Positions 1-13,891 of a stretch of 64,000 bases of DNA are shown one piece after another. How positions within the stretch are numbered: position 1 is the stretch's first letter; every line of letters starts with the position of its first letter. The notes beneath the pieces are model-generated. The model did no database searches and was not told the DNA's origin. It saw only the letters and a list, made by a program, of their open reading frames with translations. Source of the DNA: Chiloscyllium plagiosum (lineage: Eukaryota); NCBI RefSeq assembly GCF_004010195.1, contig NC_057711.1, forward strand, positions 76,277,817-76,341,816. Reading direction: 5' to 3'. The position numbers were made by a program, and so were the translations under genes.

Positions 1-602
1 ATTTAACCATATTCTGTGGTTTCCCATTCAATCTTGTTCCCCCTTTGTCTTTGTGCCAGTTTCCAAGGCAACATTAAATGGAATTCGAACATGGTTAATT
101 AAAGAATTGTATCTTTCTTGGATCAAGTTTGAGATTCCTTCAAATTGCTTGAACATTTGATTTCTTCAGAAGCAAGTTGTTTAAAATTCCAAAATGCACT
201 TTTTAAACAAAACATTTCCAAAATCTCATGGCACTTGTTCCAATTATTGTTTGCATTTCTAAAATACATAAATATTAATAAGCATATAAAGACATTTAAA
301 TCCAATCACTTCAAGTCAACACACCATCCACCTAGACTAATAATTCCAATTACATTATCACCCTTTATCCATATCACTTCCTTCATTACCTCTTCCTCAA
401 CTGCTAACTCAATGTTAGTTCAAATTCCTCAACGCACTGCATGGTGTCGTTTCTACCATCAATTAGACATTTATGTTAGCTGTGATTCATTCTTGAACCT
501 TTTTTATATTTGTTTTTATGCACATTCTATTCTTTCATTATGCTTCTATTTTATTATTGCTGAATTATCATTTCTATAGTATTACTATTTTTTTTCCCCT
601 AT

Positions 603-945
603 GGGGTGGTATTAGTGGTTAGCATGGATGCCTCTCAGTGCCAGGGACTCAGGTTTGATTGCATCCTTGGGTGGCTGAGCAAACTCCACACAGACATTTG
701 CTCTGTATTTGCTTGGCTTTCTGCCAGGTGCTCCATCTTCCTCCTACAATCAAAAAGGTATGCAGATTAGGTGGATTAGCCATGCTAAATTCTGTAGTGT
801 CCAGTGATGTGTGGGCTAGGTGGATTAGCCATGGGTTAAGTGATCTTATGGAGATGGGGCAAGGGCCTGGGTCTGGGTGGAATGCTCTTTGGAGAGTCAG
901 TGCAGACTAGATGGTCCGAATGACCTCTTTCTGCATTGTAGAGGT
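603..945 (+). mobile_element. tRNA-derived SINE (HE1/V-SINE-like), degraded
   Basis: A/B-box-like head (agtggttagca...caggtttgatt), decayed central domain and a CR1-like tail (gactagatggtccgaatgacctctttct). Confidence 0.75.
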
Positions 946-1209
946 TTTATACATAGCCCCGCAATCTGCATTGTTATTGTTGGGGGAGAAAGGTAGATTT
1001 TTTTTAAAGACTGACTTGATTCCGATTACTGTCTCTTACCGGGTGGCATTTTAGTGAAACAATGTTGTATTCCCTCAAAAACCTCAACATGCTGCCAATA
1101 TTGCAGATATGGACGTAGTGGTTTAACTGCAATTTAATGTTTTACATAGACTAATTGTTATACATTGGTTATTTATACTGTTTACTTAAAATAACATCTA
1201 AAATTCATT

Positions 1210-1505
1210 AGTCAAAGAGCAAGGAAACATCTCTTCGGTCCAACTCATCCACACCAACTGGAAATCCCAATCTGACCGAGTACCATTTGCCAGCCTTTGG
1301 CCCATATCCCCTGTAAACCTTCGTATTCATATACCCATCTTGATACCTTTTTAATTGTTAAAATTGTACCAGCCTCCTCCACTTCCTCTGGCAGTTCATT
1401 CCGTACATGCACCACCTTCTACATGAAAACGTTAACCCACAAGTCCTTTTTAAAACCTTTCCCCTCCCCTTAAACCTGTGCTGTCTAGTTTTGGACTCCC
1501 TAGAA
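1210..1505 (-). mobile_element. CR1 LINE 3' end fragment
   Basis: The minus strand shows the CR1 ORF2 C-terminal region (HRFKGRG..., WNELPEEVEEAG-type codons) and the 3' UTR shared with other CR1 copies in the window. Confidence 0.75.
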
Positions 1506-1529
1506 GAACGATTTTGACTACTCACCCAG

Positions 1530-3372
1530 TACAGGTTGAGGTTGGGGAATGGTGTGTGAATACTCTCAAGCAGGTCAACATAATGAAGAAGGAAGTGTTG
1601 GGTGTCTTGAAATACATTAAAGTAGATATGTCCCCAGGGCCAGGATACTGTGTGGGAGGCAATAGAGGAAATACAGAAGAACCCCAATTATCCGAACGAG
1701 ATGGGCGGGCACTGTTTTTTGTTTGGATAATTGATTATTCAATTAATTGATTTCCTCTGAGGCTCGGAGTGTTTTTTTATTAAATCTGCTCCCCATTCAG
1801 GAGACTAGGCAGCTACACACCTTGCGTGAGCCCCACCTGACCCCAACCCCATCTGCCCCACACCCACTCCGTCCAACCCTGCCCGTTCCCAACCCGCCCC
1901 CTCCCCAAACCCCTTTTGTAATATATGTATATAAATGATCTGGAGAAAAATTTATGTCCTTTTGGATAATTGATATTCAAATAATTTGAGGTTCCTCTGT
2001 AGTTGGACCCTTAACAGATATCTTTGCAAACTTTTTGGCCTCTGGCGAGGTTCCAGAGGACTGGAGAATGGCAAATTTTTTTGACTTTGTTTGAGAAAGG
2101 AAACAGAGATCATCCAGGTAATTACAGGCCAGTGAGCCTGACGTTAATGGTGGGAAGCTTTTGGAGAAGATACTAAGAGACAAGATTTATTCACATTTGG
2201 AAGTGAATGGACTTGTTAGTGATGGGGGGGGACAGCAAGGATTTGTGCGGGGAAGATCGTGCCTCATAAACTTGATAGTTTTTATTTGAGGAGGTTACAA
2301 GAATGATTGAGAGAAGGGCACTAGATGTTGTCTATATGGACTTTAGTAAGACATTCGATAAGGTACTTCGTGACAGGCTGGTCCAGGATGAGCTGTCTAG
2401 ATGGATACAATGCTGGCTTGGTCATAGAAAACACACAGTAGCAGTGGAAGGGTGCTTTTCTGAATGGAGATCAGTAACTGGTGGTGGTCTGCAGGGATCA
2501 GTACTGGGACCTTCAAAATATATGTATATAAACGATCTGGAGAAAAGTAATGGGTGGTCTGACTTAGTAAGTTGGTGGAGTTGCAAATAGTGAGAAGAAT
2601 TGTCCAAGGATACAGAGGAATATAGATTGCAGAATTGGGCAGAGAAATGGCAGATGGAGTTTAATCTGGACAAATGACAGGTGGTCATTTTGGAAGCTAA
2701 ACCTCAGGTGTAAATGGCTGAACCCTTAGGACCATTGACATACAGGGGGATATGGGCCTATAGATTCACAGATCGCTATAAGTGGTAACAGAGGTGGACA
2801 AGATGGTCAAAGAAGGCATACAGCATGCTTGACTTCATTGGCCAGGACAATTAATATAAAAGTTGACAAACTGTGGAAAGCTTTAGCTAGGCCATATTTG
2901 GAATATTCCATTTCTGGGCACCACAATACAGAAAGACATGGATACTTTGTAAAGGGTGCAGAGAAGATTTACCAGGATGTTACCTGGTCTGGAGGTTTTA
3001 GTTATGAGGTGAGGTTAGATAAACTCGGATTATTTTCACTGAGGGGTGACCTGACAGAGGTTTACGAAATTGAGAAGCATAGATAGGGAGGATGGTCAGA
3101 AGCTTTTTCCCAAGGTAAGAAGGTCAATTACAAGAGAGCACTCATTCAAGGTGAGGGGGTTGAAATTTAGGAGAGATGTGTGGGGAACATCTTTCACATA
3201 AGGGTGCCTGGAATGCACTTCGAGTGGAGATGGTGGAAGCAGGAACATTAGCAAATAGAAGACGTATCTTGATAGACACACAATCATGTGCTGAACAGAG
3301 AGATAGAAACTCTCTGTAATAAGTAATAGTCTAAATAGGAATTAGGAAGCAGTGCAGACTTGCTGTATTGTA
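1530..3372 (+). mobile_element. CR1 LINE, 5'-truncated RT region to 3' UTR, interrupted by a MITE
   Basis: Fragments include IKVDMSPGP, ALDVVYMDFSKTFDKV, QGSVLGP, WAEKWQMEFN and LARPYLEY, with many frameshifts and stops. Confidence 0.9.
1674..1999. mobile_element. Non-autonomous Tc1/mariner (pogo/Tigger-like) MITE
   Basis: TA at 1672-1673 and 2000-2001. Imperfect terminal inverted repeats CAGAAGAACCCCAATTATCCGAA and TTCAAATAATTTGAGGTTCCTCTG. Removing it rejoins the CR1 sequence gaggaaata|gttggaccc. Confidence 0.8.
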
Positions 3373-3379
3373 TTGTGTT

Positions 3380-4545
3380 GAATTAATCTCCCTCATGATT
3401 TTATAAACCTCTATAAAATAACCCTCAGTCTGCAATGCTCAGAGGAAAAATATTCAACCTCTCCCTTTTAACTCAAATCCTCCAGTTCTGGCAGCATCCT
3501 TGTAAATATTTTCTGTGCCCTCTCCAGTTTAACAACATCCTTCTTATAGAGGAGCAATGAGAATTGTTGGCAGTATTCTAAACACGGCCTCATCAATGTT
3601 CTATACAGCCAAAACATGACATCCCAACTCCTATACTCCGTGTTCTGACCAATGAAGACAAGTGCACTAAACACCACCTTCACCGCCCTGACCACCTGCA
3701 ATTCCATTTTCGAGGAGCTATGCACCTGTACCCCTTGGTCTCTTTGTTTGTCAAAACTCCCTGTAGACCTACCATTAACTGTCTCAGTCATGACCTGGTT
3801 TGCCGCACCAAGATGCAGCATCTCACATATATCTAAATTAAACTGTATCTGCCACAACTTGACCCATTGGCCCATTTGATCAAAGTCCCATTATACTCTG
3901 AGGTAATCTTGTTCACTGTTCACTACACCATCTCTTCTGGTGTCATCTGCAAACTTACTAACCATGTTGCCTGTATACACATTTCAAATTTATATAAATG
4001 ATTTGGAAAGCAGTGGACCCCAGCGCTGGTCCTTGTGGTGCACTGCTGGTTACAGGCCACCAGTGCGACTCTCTACCACCACCCTCTGTCTCCTACCTTA
4101 AAGCCAATTTTGTACCAAATTGACTAGCTCCTCCTGGATCTCATGTAGTCTAATCTTACTAACAAGTCTATAGAAACTTATCAAACACTTTGCTGAAGTA
4201 CATATCGATAATGTCTACCACTCTCTCTTCATCAATCTTCTTTGTCACCTCTTCAAAAAATCTCAAACTCAAACCCAATTTTCCATGTACAAAGCTCTTT
4301 GACTATCCCAAGTCAGCCATTTTCTTTCCAAATGAATGTAAATCCTGTCCCTCAGAATTCCCTCCAACGACTTACTGACCACTGAAGTAAGGCTTTTGCT
4401 CACAGCCTTTCTTAAATAGTGGTACTATTGTTGGCTAACCTCCAGACGTCTGGCACCTCACCCAAGGATGTCAATGAAACAAGCATCATAGCAAGGGGCC
4501 TAGCAAACATTTCTCTTGCTTCTCACAAAGTCCTTGTTCATTTAA
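3380..4545 (-). mobile_element. CR1 LINE RT fragment
   Basis: ORF 3468-3875 (WVKLWQIQFNLDICEMLHLG...YRTLMRPCLEYC). KFADDT codons on the minus strand near 3940. Confidence 0.9.
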
Positions 4546-5742
4546 TGTTCTGTGAAACTGTTTTCCAAAATTCATCCCCTCTTCTGCAACACCAAGCTTA
4601 CTTTCATTGAGTATAATTATTGCTATTATTTCTTTTACCAAAATTCATCATCTTTTTTACTGACACTAAATTGATGTCACTTTTTAGCCCAAACCCCATT
4701 TAATCAGTATCCTTTTGTAGTTTCCTTCTTTCTATGAAAGAACTGTGTCTCCTATTTTCTCACTTGAGCCAGCATGCTGTCATATCCCTAATTTCATGCA
4801 CCTTTTATCCTTCTCTTGTGATCTCACATTATTACTCTTTTGTATGCTCCACATAATGTACACACACTACATTTTCTCTCATCTACTGTATCTGCTCCCT
4901 TTTTCAAAACATTTCCTAAGCTTTGTTGAAATTGATTATATTGGTTGTAAATTTGCAGCCTGTAACTAAAGTTTTTCATCTTGATGCATGTTAGTTTTAT
5001 TCTTAATTAATGACTTCTGCTCTTCTCCTATATCAGATTAAACTCATTTAGCTTTATTTCCTTTTTTAAAACTTGATACTGTATTGGCCAACTCTAATGG
5101 TCTGACATGCAACCATACTTGGAGTCCTGAAATATTTCCAAGGCCACTTGGATTTGATCTCTCAATAGCTTAAAGATCCTACTGTGTATCCCACCACACT
5201 GATGGAAACTTGCATCTGCTACAATGACAATGAATTAAACAGGAGAATGCTGGAAATAAGCAGCAGATCAGTCAGTAGCTATAATAGAAGACCAGTTTAA
5301 TATGTTTTGGGAATATAACCTTAACCAAGACTGCCCTGTCCTTTTTTTTTCTCCCCTCTCCTTTCTGTATACCTGGTGATTGCCAACATTTTCTGTTGTT
5401 TGTTAATATTTCCAAAACTTGCTGCTTTTCGTTCTTCTCCTCCATCCATACAATGGTTCTGACTGCCAAGAAATGTTGGCTGAAACTATTGGAACGGCTT
5501 TAACATTTTCAATAATCTTGGAATAATTCTGTCTGAGGAATGATGTACGTCATCCAAAACCTAGTTTGTTTGTTATTCTCATGAGGCCAGGGGATGATAT
5601 TAACGCACATTTCCCAACAACTCTTGTGTAGCTAAGTTGAATCATTTATGCATGGAAAACCTTTTAAGAATGCATGAATTTTACAGTGACTTTATTTATT
5701 AATGTAGTTGTGTGATTTTCTTTTCTTCCCTTCTTGCTGTAG

Positions 5743-5819
5743 GATCAAATGGCTAGCTTTGATGTCAATGGAAATGACTGGGATCCCATGCCTCGTTATG
5801 ATGCCAGCAATGAGAACAA
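5743..5819 (+). CDS. PCSK5: PCSK5-like proprotein convertase, internal coding exon (77 bp, probably equivalent to exon 5)
   Basis: Polypyrimidine tract plus AG at 5741-5742 and GTAAGG donor at 5820. Translates to DQMASFDVNGNDWDPMPRYDASNEN(K), the furin/PC S8 catalytic-domain segment. DPMPRYDASNENK is PCSK5-type. Ends in phase 2, compatible with the next exon. Confidence 0.93.
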
Positions 5820-8800
5820 GTAAGGGAAATATCTATTTCTGTTTCAGCACCTGTCTTCCATACACGGTTTCAGTTGAACTTGGCTTATGAACTTTCTGAA
5901 TTTAACGTTGCTTTCCTTTCTTAATGTTGAAAGAAAATTACGAATTTGAAGCTCGAATTTTCAATGTCCCATAAGCTACATGAGTTGCATTTTCAACAAG
6001 AGAGTCTCACAACAACTACATTTATAAAATAGTGTTCATTGGGTTACACAAATAATTATAGATAAATATAATATTCCACTTTCATATCCCATGTTAATTT
6101 TTTATATGTTAGAGGCTCTGAACTAATTTATTTAGTTGGAAAATTTTATGAAGTACATGCTTAAATTTCTGATTTTCACTTTTGGCCACTAAGGCTTCCT
6201 GCTGTGACAACCTCTACACTTAGCTGGTCCTGGATTCTGGGACTCAGAAACGGGAGACTGTTCATCTTTCATATGGCTTTTTCCCCAGTGGGGTATTTTG
6301 GCTCATGTGGAAATGCTCGTATTGTCTCTTGTAGCATAGATATCATAGCAAAAAATCCAGAAGATGTTTATTGCAGTTAAATTACTCACCACTAAATTAC
6401 AACAGAGTAGCAAGTTCTGATTCAAGTGATCCCAGAGTAAATCTTTTAAAGGTGTGTAGGTATAGTGATCTTGAGACATTCTTGGCCATTGCTGGTGCTG
6501 GCACTAGTGGGACTAAAGAGCTGCTTTAGTTGGTACGTATGCCTTCTCTGTTGACTGAGAAATTCTGTCATGTGAATAATCCTGTTTGTGGACTACTACT
6601 TTACACTCATCATGTTTCACTTTTTGAGGGATTGCACTTGACATTTGTTTCACTTTTTAACCGATTAAGCTTTTCAAAACATTTCAAATGTTTTAATAAA
6701 AAATTATAATTTAACTTTTTAAAATTGTGGAAAGATGTCAGTGGTTTCCATTCATATTACAATGTCATTGTTATCCAGGTAAATTTGCACATAATTACTT
6801 CACTGAGCAGGTAAAAGTGGCATATCACAGTAATTACTTTATTTTGTACTGCTTGTTCATTAAACATCTTTTTAAACAACTCCACTGCTAAAAATTAGAG
6901 TTCTTTGAATGATTCATTGCAGAACAATTCCACATCCTCAACAGCTTCACTTAAGAGTCTTTTGTTTTACTGTTTGGAATTGGGAGGAGGCAGCATTTAG
7001 AAAAATAGCCCCTGGCATTTTTGCAGCTAAATCTAGACTTGCAGCAGTTGTATATCCAGGTAAAATGGGCTTAGAGATCCATTACCAGCCTGCAGAAATT
7101 GGATCAAACAACAAACATCAGAAGCCAACAAACTAATTCAGAGCTCCTGAAATCCGACTTCATGGAAGGCAGATGAGAAAAGAAGTTTGGATACCCAGAG
7201 TGCTAGTCTTTTAAGACATTTAAGACATGTCCTCCAGAAGAATGAGTGTAGCATTTGATATTTGGAGATATGGAAAATTATTTTCATATCTTTATGTGGT
7301 AGCTATTGGACAGTTGAATCTTTTGAATTTTGAAACACATGGCAACCTGAAATACTTCAAAAGCCTAACATAGTCAATGTAAGAATTCTTGAGCAGGATT
7401 ATTTGGGTTGAGTCAGTGATGCATGCATCCATGCAATCGCAACAACTCCTCAGCTATTGGCCAGGATTTCTGTAATGCCAGAAGTAGCGGTGGCTGGGAC
7501 AAAAAGTAGTTCTCGGATTCTTAAATCCAGGAGTACAGAGGCAGCTGAGTAGGGGTTTCCTGTTTGTGTATTCCCTATGGTTAGTGGAGGAGGTGGTGTT
7601 GGTGATGATTATGGACCCAGGTGTCTTTGTGGAGAGACCAGAGAATGAGGCAGCATTTGCAGGAGAGCAGGCCTTGGGGAGCAGGGGTAAGTGTCTGATG
7701 TGGAAAGGGAGCCCTTGAGATGGTGAACCAGGGAACTTTCCCTCCCCTCGTAACCCTCCACTTGCCAACCTGCTGATAGGAAAACATAACAATCTGTACC
7801 ATTCTATGTTATGTGAATGAATGCAGAGGAATCTGCAATTTGTTAATTTGTTTTGTTTTTATGTCCTTGTTATTTTGTTTGTATTTATTTATTTTGGACA
7901 AGGGCCAGTAATTGGATACTGTACTGTTACAAACTACTACATACAGTTGTGGAAAAAGGAAAAATTACCGGTGGTGACCTCAGTGCTGATGTGAAAAGTT
8001 CCTGCCTTCATCTTGCACAAAGCTCAGTGTGTACTGCAGGATCAGAGTTATTGGGTATTTTAGCAACTGTAAAGCTATTGAGGCTGGTAAATTTTGTATT
8101 GGATCTTCTGTAAATCCTCCATTGGTGGTCTGGTTCTTCACTTAAGGATATTTCAATTTAATTCTATTTACAAAATTGTATTCAATTGGACAGTGTGTTA
8201 TAGCCAGGAAATGAGAAGCCAGCACAATTTTCTTGAATTGAACTCTGGGAATCACGTTAAGAAATATTTAACATAAAAAGGTTTTGGTGTTTTGACCACC
8301 CAAGATAGTTAACATCCCCCCCATTTCTCTCCACCCCCCCCCCCCCCCATCTCTGTAAGGGGGGGGGGATGCATTAGAGTTTAATAGTACAGTAGTTTAT
8401 TGTAAGTTGAGTAGTTAACCACTATCAACAGATCAGTACAAATCTGGAATTTTGTCATATACTGTTATAGTTTTAGATGCAGAAAGTCCTCTCCCTAATA
8501 GATTCTATCTTTATAGACCATCCAATTCTTCTGTCTTCCCATTGCAACATTGTTGAAATGTTTAAGCTCTAATACTGAGCACATTGGTTATTGTGCTCAC
8601 CAAGCCATTTTCTCCTTATACCCACTCACCTCAGCCTCCTTTTATCTTCCAAAGTTTTGGGAGGTGCAAATTGTGGAGGAAGAAAGGAAACAACTGCATG
8701 AAATGGAAAATCCTAATGTGTAAAAATACAGTTTGATTTGAACAGATGAAAAAATTCCAGAAAGATACTCATCACAGATCTGTGTTTTGGAAAGGTAAAA

Positions 8801-9420
8801 GACTAAAACCACCAGTTAAATTCTCCAGTTGGATTCTGTTTAGAATAACATCCAGATGAGACTGCTGCAACTGGAAGTCTTAACATTTGTAGCAGAATGT
8901 TGTTTGTTTAGTCATACCAAACTCCACTCAGACCAGTCTCAGAGCTTGTAACAAGAATGTGCATGACCTCACAGAAGTGACTTTAAAGTCATCAAGTGTT
9001 AGTCTATCATCTTGGTGTAATCTGTTGTTGGCTGTTATGATAAGGAGTGGCTTTGTGACACTGTCAAAAATGATCATATTTGCTACATCCTTGTCTCATG
9101 TCCAGTCTAGTATGAAAGTCCAAATATCAGCTTGACTTGAGGCTTTAATAAGTCATAGGAAAATAAACTTGCAAGTGTGAATATGACGGGCTTTGTGAAA
9201 GGAAACCTGTTGCATTTGAACACACTGCCATGTAGTCAGCGCTGACCAAGTTGGCTAAGCTGTCAATGGCCTTATGGTGACTGCACAATGGCTTCTTTCT
9301 TCACCATGCTAATTCTGTGATTAGTAAATTGGGCTTTTAAGCAGAGCTAGATTGGATTTTGTTCGCTTTGCTTCTAAACAGGTTTGTAGCTCGGGACCTA
9401 GGAGTTTTGAACTAAAGGCT

Positions 9421-9745
9421 GATTAGTTTAGATTCCCTACAGTGTGGAAACAGGCCCTTCAGCCCAACAAGTCCACACCGAACCTCGGAAGAGTATCCCA
9501 CCCAGAATCATTTCCCTCCGACTAATGCACCTAACACTATCGGCAATTTAGCATGGCCAATTCACCTGACTTGCACATCTTTGCGTGGGTTTCCTCCCAC
9601 AGTCCAGACACTGTGCAAACTCCACAGAGAGAATGTGCAAACTCCACACAGACAGTTACCTGAGGCTGGAATCGAACCTGGGACCCTGATGCTGTGAGGC
9701 AGCAGTACTAGCCACTGTGCCACCCTTGAGCCACCGTGCTACCCT
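9421..9745 (-). mobile_element. HE1/V-SINE-like SINE
   Basis: Reverse complement of the head, central domain and gggcctgtttccacactgtagggaatcta tail. The interior is rearranged. Confidence 0.85.
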
Positions 9746-12700
9746 TGAAAAAACTAACTCCAACAATGTCCCAAACTACACGTCCTTCAATACAAAACAG
9801 TAGGCTCAAATTAATGATATACTTCATGTTGGTGTTGGCTTACAAATTACATGGGAAGTAAAGGCAGCTTTCATGGGTGTTTTGGAGGTGGATGGTGTTC
9901 TATTATTCTTTTTCTGGGTTTTCTTCTCTCTGTATCAATGACTTGCATGTTGCTGGCATTTTCAGATATTGAGTAAATAATTCTAATATGAATAAGATGG
10001 TAGAATTAGTAAACAAGTGACAGATGGATTTTTCATGTCAATTAATATAAAGAAATTTAAAACGTTTTAGGTTAGGTTGGATGACCCTGTGAAGCAGAGA
10101 GCATTAGGATAGAGTTTTACAAGGAGTTGCTGTTAATGTCTTCAGAAAACTATTTTTAATGGAATTTGTTTTCCTTATATAAGGTTGAATGTAAAGTCAA
10201 TGAAATGGTAAATCTGTCTAAAATCTTACACCATTTCAGTATGGTGAGCTGTTGTCTAAATCAGTCAGTATCTGAAAGGTTCACCTGACATCACGATAAG
10301 CTTTGAGCATTAATATATAAAGTACTTTTTCAGGAAGGAGCTGTGTGTTTGTTTTAACCAGTTCTGGTGCTTTGTTACCAAGACCGAGAATATTTTAGTA
10401 ACTGCAATGTGAACTAACTTTTAAAGTTGAGCCTGATATCTCTCAAGAGACAATCATGTATCATTGTATTTTAACTAACAACTAATTGATATGTAATAAA
10501 TCTACTTACTGTTTAATCAAAAGTGAACCTGTCCTCTGCTGAAGGAGAGGTCCCTGCTTTATCAGTGTCCAACTTGCAAATGCTCATGCTTACAAAGGTG
10601 ATCCCATACATGGCTATAATTTTAAAGACTCGACATGTGAACATTTCTTTTACTTACGAACATTTGCTTTCCAGTATCCTGCATTATATTCTGACTTGCA
10701 AACGGATTCCAAAACACAGCCCATTTGCAAGCTGGGGATTACCTGTATGTCACGTGGGTATCCTTCCCCACATTGCAAGAGGAGCATTACCAATATCGAT
10801 CGGAAGGGTTGATGGCAGTGAACATATCCAAGATCATATCTGATTTTGAGATGGTGATATCAGTGAGCACTTTGATAATCATAAGATGTACAATTGGCCT
10901 TATACTATAGGAAGGAACTTGTGGGAACAGAGGATGTGTAGCCCATCTTGGGCAGAATGTTGCCTTGTTTAAGGAAATATAATAGAGTCTTTAAAAATTG
11001 GGGATGTAAAACTCTTGTCCAGGAGTTTCGGAGCAATTTTGGTGGAGGTGTTTTAAAATTGCAGCAGTGCAACTGAGTAGAAAGAAACCCATTTTCGAGT
11101 GAACAAGGTGTCGTAACTGCAAATTACATCAGAAATTCAGAATGGAGAGCAGGAGAGGCTGTGAATTAAATTAGGCCATCTTAAATTTTAAGAATAGGTT
11201 AGACTGCGAGCAACAGTTATTGAATGATGTGATCAGAAGAGCAAAAAAATCTTGGGTTTTCACTATTCAGTGAAATATTTGATTGATTGGGCTGGGTAGT
11301 TATTATCCATGGTGTAATTTTATGGAATTCAGTGGTATACAGACTAAGAGCACCCTATGTCTTATTGCTTACTTGGTAAAGGAAGACTGCTGGACTCATT
11401 AATCGTTGTCTTGCACTATAGATTGGAGGTTAAGTTTGCTAGTTTCCATAGAACCAAGCAATGTGCTCAGTTTAGATGTCAACATGGCTTGGTGTTGCAA
11501 TTGTGACTTGTAATATATTCCTACAACCTCAAAATCAACCTCAACCTGCACTATAATGTCAGTTTATTTTGATTGAACTGTACAGTTTGGTTTGGCATTA
11601 ATTGTTGATGCTCATTAGGAAATTTCAAAATGGTGCAAATTTCTCTTTGCTGCTGCCAATAACCTCAGTCACACGTGAAAACCTGTTCAGACTAACAAAC
11701 ACATTCTCAAGTGTAATTTTTTTTCTGTTTTTGTTTTTTTAATGGTTATCAGTCACAAGATAATCCAAATCCTCCTCCTTCAACTAAATCAATTTTATTA
11801 ATAGCAACAACTTGGGTTTACTTTATTTGTTCTTACTATATGAGTGTTGTTTGCAAGACAGACATGTATTTCCCATCTCTAAATAGCCTTGAAATTAGAA
11901 GCTTGCCGGGAAGTCTCTTTAGGAATTTGGAACCGTGGAGATGGCAGTTAGGGCAGTTCAATGTTCCTCCTGCAGAATGTGGGAGTTAAGGGGCACCACT
12001 CGTGTCTCTGCTGACCTTGTGTGCAGGAAGTGCACCCAACTCCAGCCCCTCGAAAACCAAGTTAGGGAGTTGGAGCTGGATGAACTTCAGATCATTTGGG
12101 AAGCAGAGAGGGTTATTGAGAGGGATGGAAAGGGAACCAGCAGTCAGTGCAGTGGTCCCCTGTGGCTGTTCCCCTCAATAACAACAGCCATGGGGTTCAG
12201 GTCTCTAGCACAGAATCTGTCCTTGCTGCTCAGAAGGGAAGGGGGAAGAGAAACAGAGCATTAGTCATTGGGGACTCCATAGTTAGGGGGACAGATAGAA
12301 GGTTCTGTGGGAATGAGAGAGATTCACAGTTGGTGTTGCCAGGGTTCATGATGTCTCTGATAGTGTTTTTGGGATCCTTGATGGGGAGGGGGAGCAGCCC
12401 CAAGATATGGTCCACATAGGTACTAACGACATAGGTAGGAAAAGTGATGGGGATTTAAGGCAGAAATTCAGGGAGCTAGGGTGGAAGCTTAGTGCTAGAG
12501 AAAAGTGTTGTTTTCTCTGGTTTGTTGCTCAGGTCACGTTTTAGTGAGGTGAGGAATAGGGAGAGAGAGGAGTTGAACACGTGGCTACAGGGTGGTGCAG
12601 GAGGGAGGGTTTCGGAAACCTGGATAATTGGGACTCATTCTGGGACTTCTACAAACCGGATGGTCTACACCTGAACCAGAGGGCTGGGCGGGGGATGTTT

Positions 12701-13763
12701 GCTAGTGCTATTCGGGAGGGTTTAAAATAATCAGCAGCGAGATGGGAACCTAAATTGTAGTTCCAGGGTCGAGGAGGTTGAAAGTAGTGAGCTCAGAAAT
12801 GAAGTTTCAAGGTTGCAAGTGTACCAGCAAGCAGGAAGGTGATTTGAAGCGTGGCTAATTCAACATCAGGAGCATGCGGAATAAGGTGGGTGAACTTATA
12901 GCGTGGGTTGGTACCTGGGACTTTGATGTTGTGGCCATTTTGGAGACATGGATAGAGCAGGGACAGGAATGGTTGTTGCAGGTTCTGGGATCTAGACGTT
13001 TTAGGAAGAACAGAGAAGATGGTAAAAGAGGGGGAGGTGTGGCATTATTCGTCAAGGACACCATTACGATGGCAGAAAGGATGTTTGAGGACTCGTCTAC
13101 TGAGGTAGTATGGGCTGAGGTCAGAAACTGGAAAGGAGAGGTCACCCTTTTGGGAGTTTTCTATAGATCTCTGAATAGTTCCAGAGATATGGAGGATAGG
13201 ATAGCAAAGATAAATCTGGATAAGAGCAAGTGTAACAGGGTAGTTGTTATGGGGGCCTTTTAACTTTCCAAATATTGACTGGAAATACTATAGTTTGAGT
13301 ACTTTACATGAGTAAGTTTTTGTCCAAAGTGTACAGGATGGTTTCCTGACAGTATGTAGACAAGCCAACAAGGGTGGAGGCCACATTGGATTTGGTACTG
13401 GGTAATGAACCTGGCCTGGTGTTAGATTTGGAGGTAGGTGAGCACTTTGGTGACGGTGAACATAATTCGGTTATGTTTACTTTAGCAATGGAAAGGGATA
13501 GGTATATAATTCAGGGCAAGAGTTATTGCTGGGGGAAAGGTAATTATGATATGATTAGGCAAGATTTAGGATGCATAGGTTGGGGAAGGAAACTGCAGGG
13601 GATGGGCACAATTTGAAATGTGGAGCTTGAAGGAATAGCTATTGTGTGTCCTTGATAAGTATGTGCCTGTCAGGCAGGGAGGAAGTGGACGAGTGAAGGA
13701 GCTTTGGTTTACTAAAGAAGCTGACTCTCTCTTGTCAAGATGAAGATCGCGGCTTCTATTAGG

Positions 13764-13891
13764 ATGATTTGGAGATGCCGGTGTTGGACTGGGGTGTACA
13801 AAGTTAAAAATCATACAACACCAGGTTATAATCCAACAGGTTTAATTGGAAGCACACTAGCTTTCGGAGCAACGCTCCTTCATCAGGTGGT
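13764..13891 (-). mobile_element. Penelope-like element terminal fragment (family B) with hammerhead motif
   Basis: Matches the 3' end of the GIY-YIG-bearing element at 31641-33410. It interrupts the CR1. Confidence 0.8.
13855..13889 (-). ncRNA. Minimal type I hammerhead ribozyme motif, intact core
   Basis: The minus strand reads CAC-CUGAUGA-A-GGAGC-guu-GCUCC-GAAA-GC-UA-GUG. Stem I is CAC/GUG, stem II has 5 bp, the stem III region is palindromic (AGCU) and the cleavage triplet is CUA. Confidence 0.8.

Noticed and set aside
5708..5890. ORF-track peptides overlapping exons (also 35217-35489)
   Set aside because: Wrong reading frames; the conserved convertase frame is a different one.
8313..8371. 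C15-N10-G10 potential hairpin (also the G-run at 37632-37649)
   Set aside because: Homopolymer low complexity with no supporting context.
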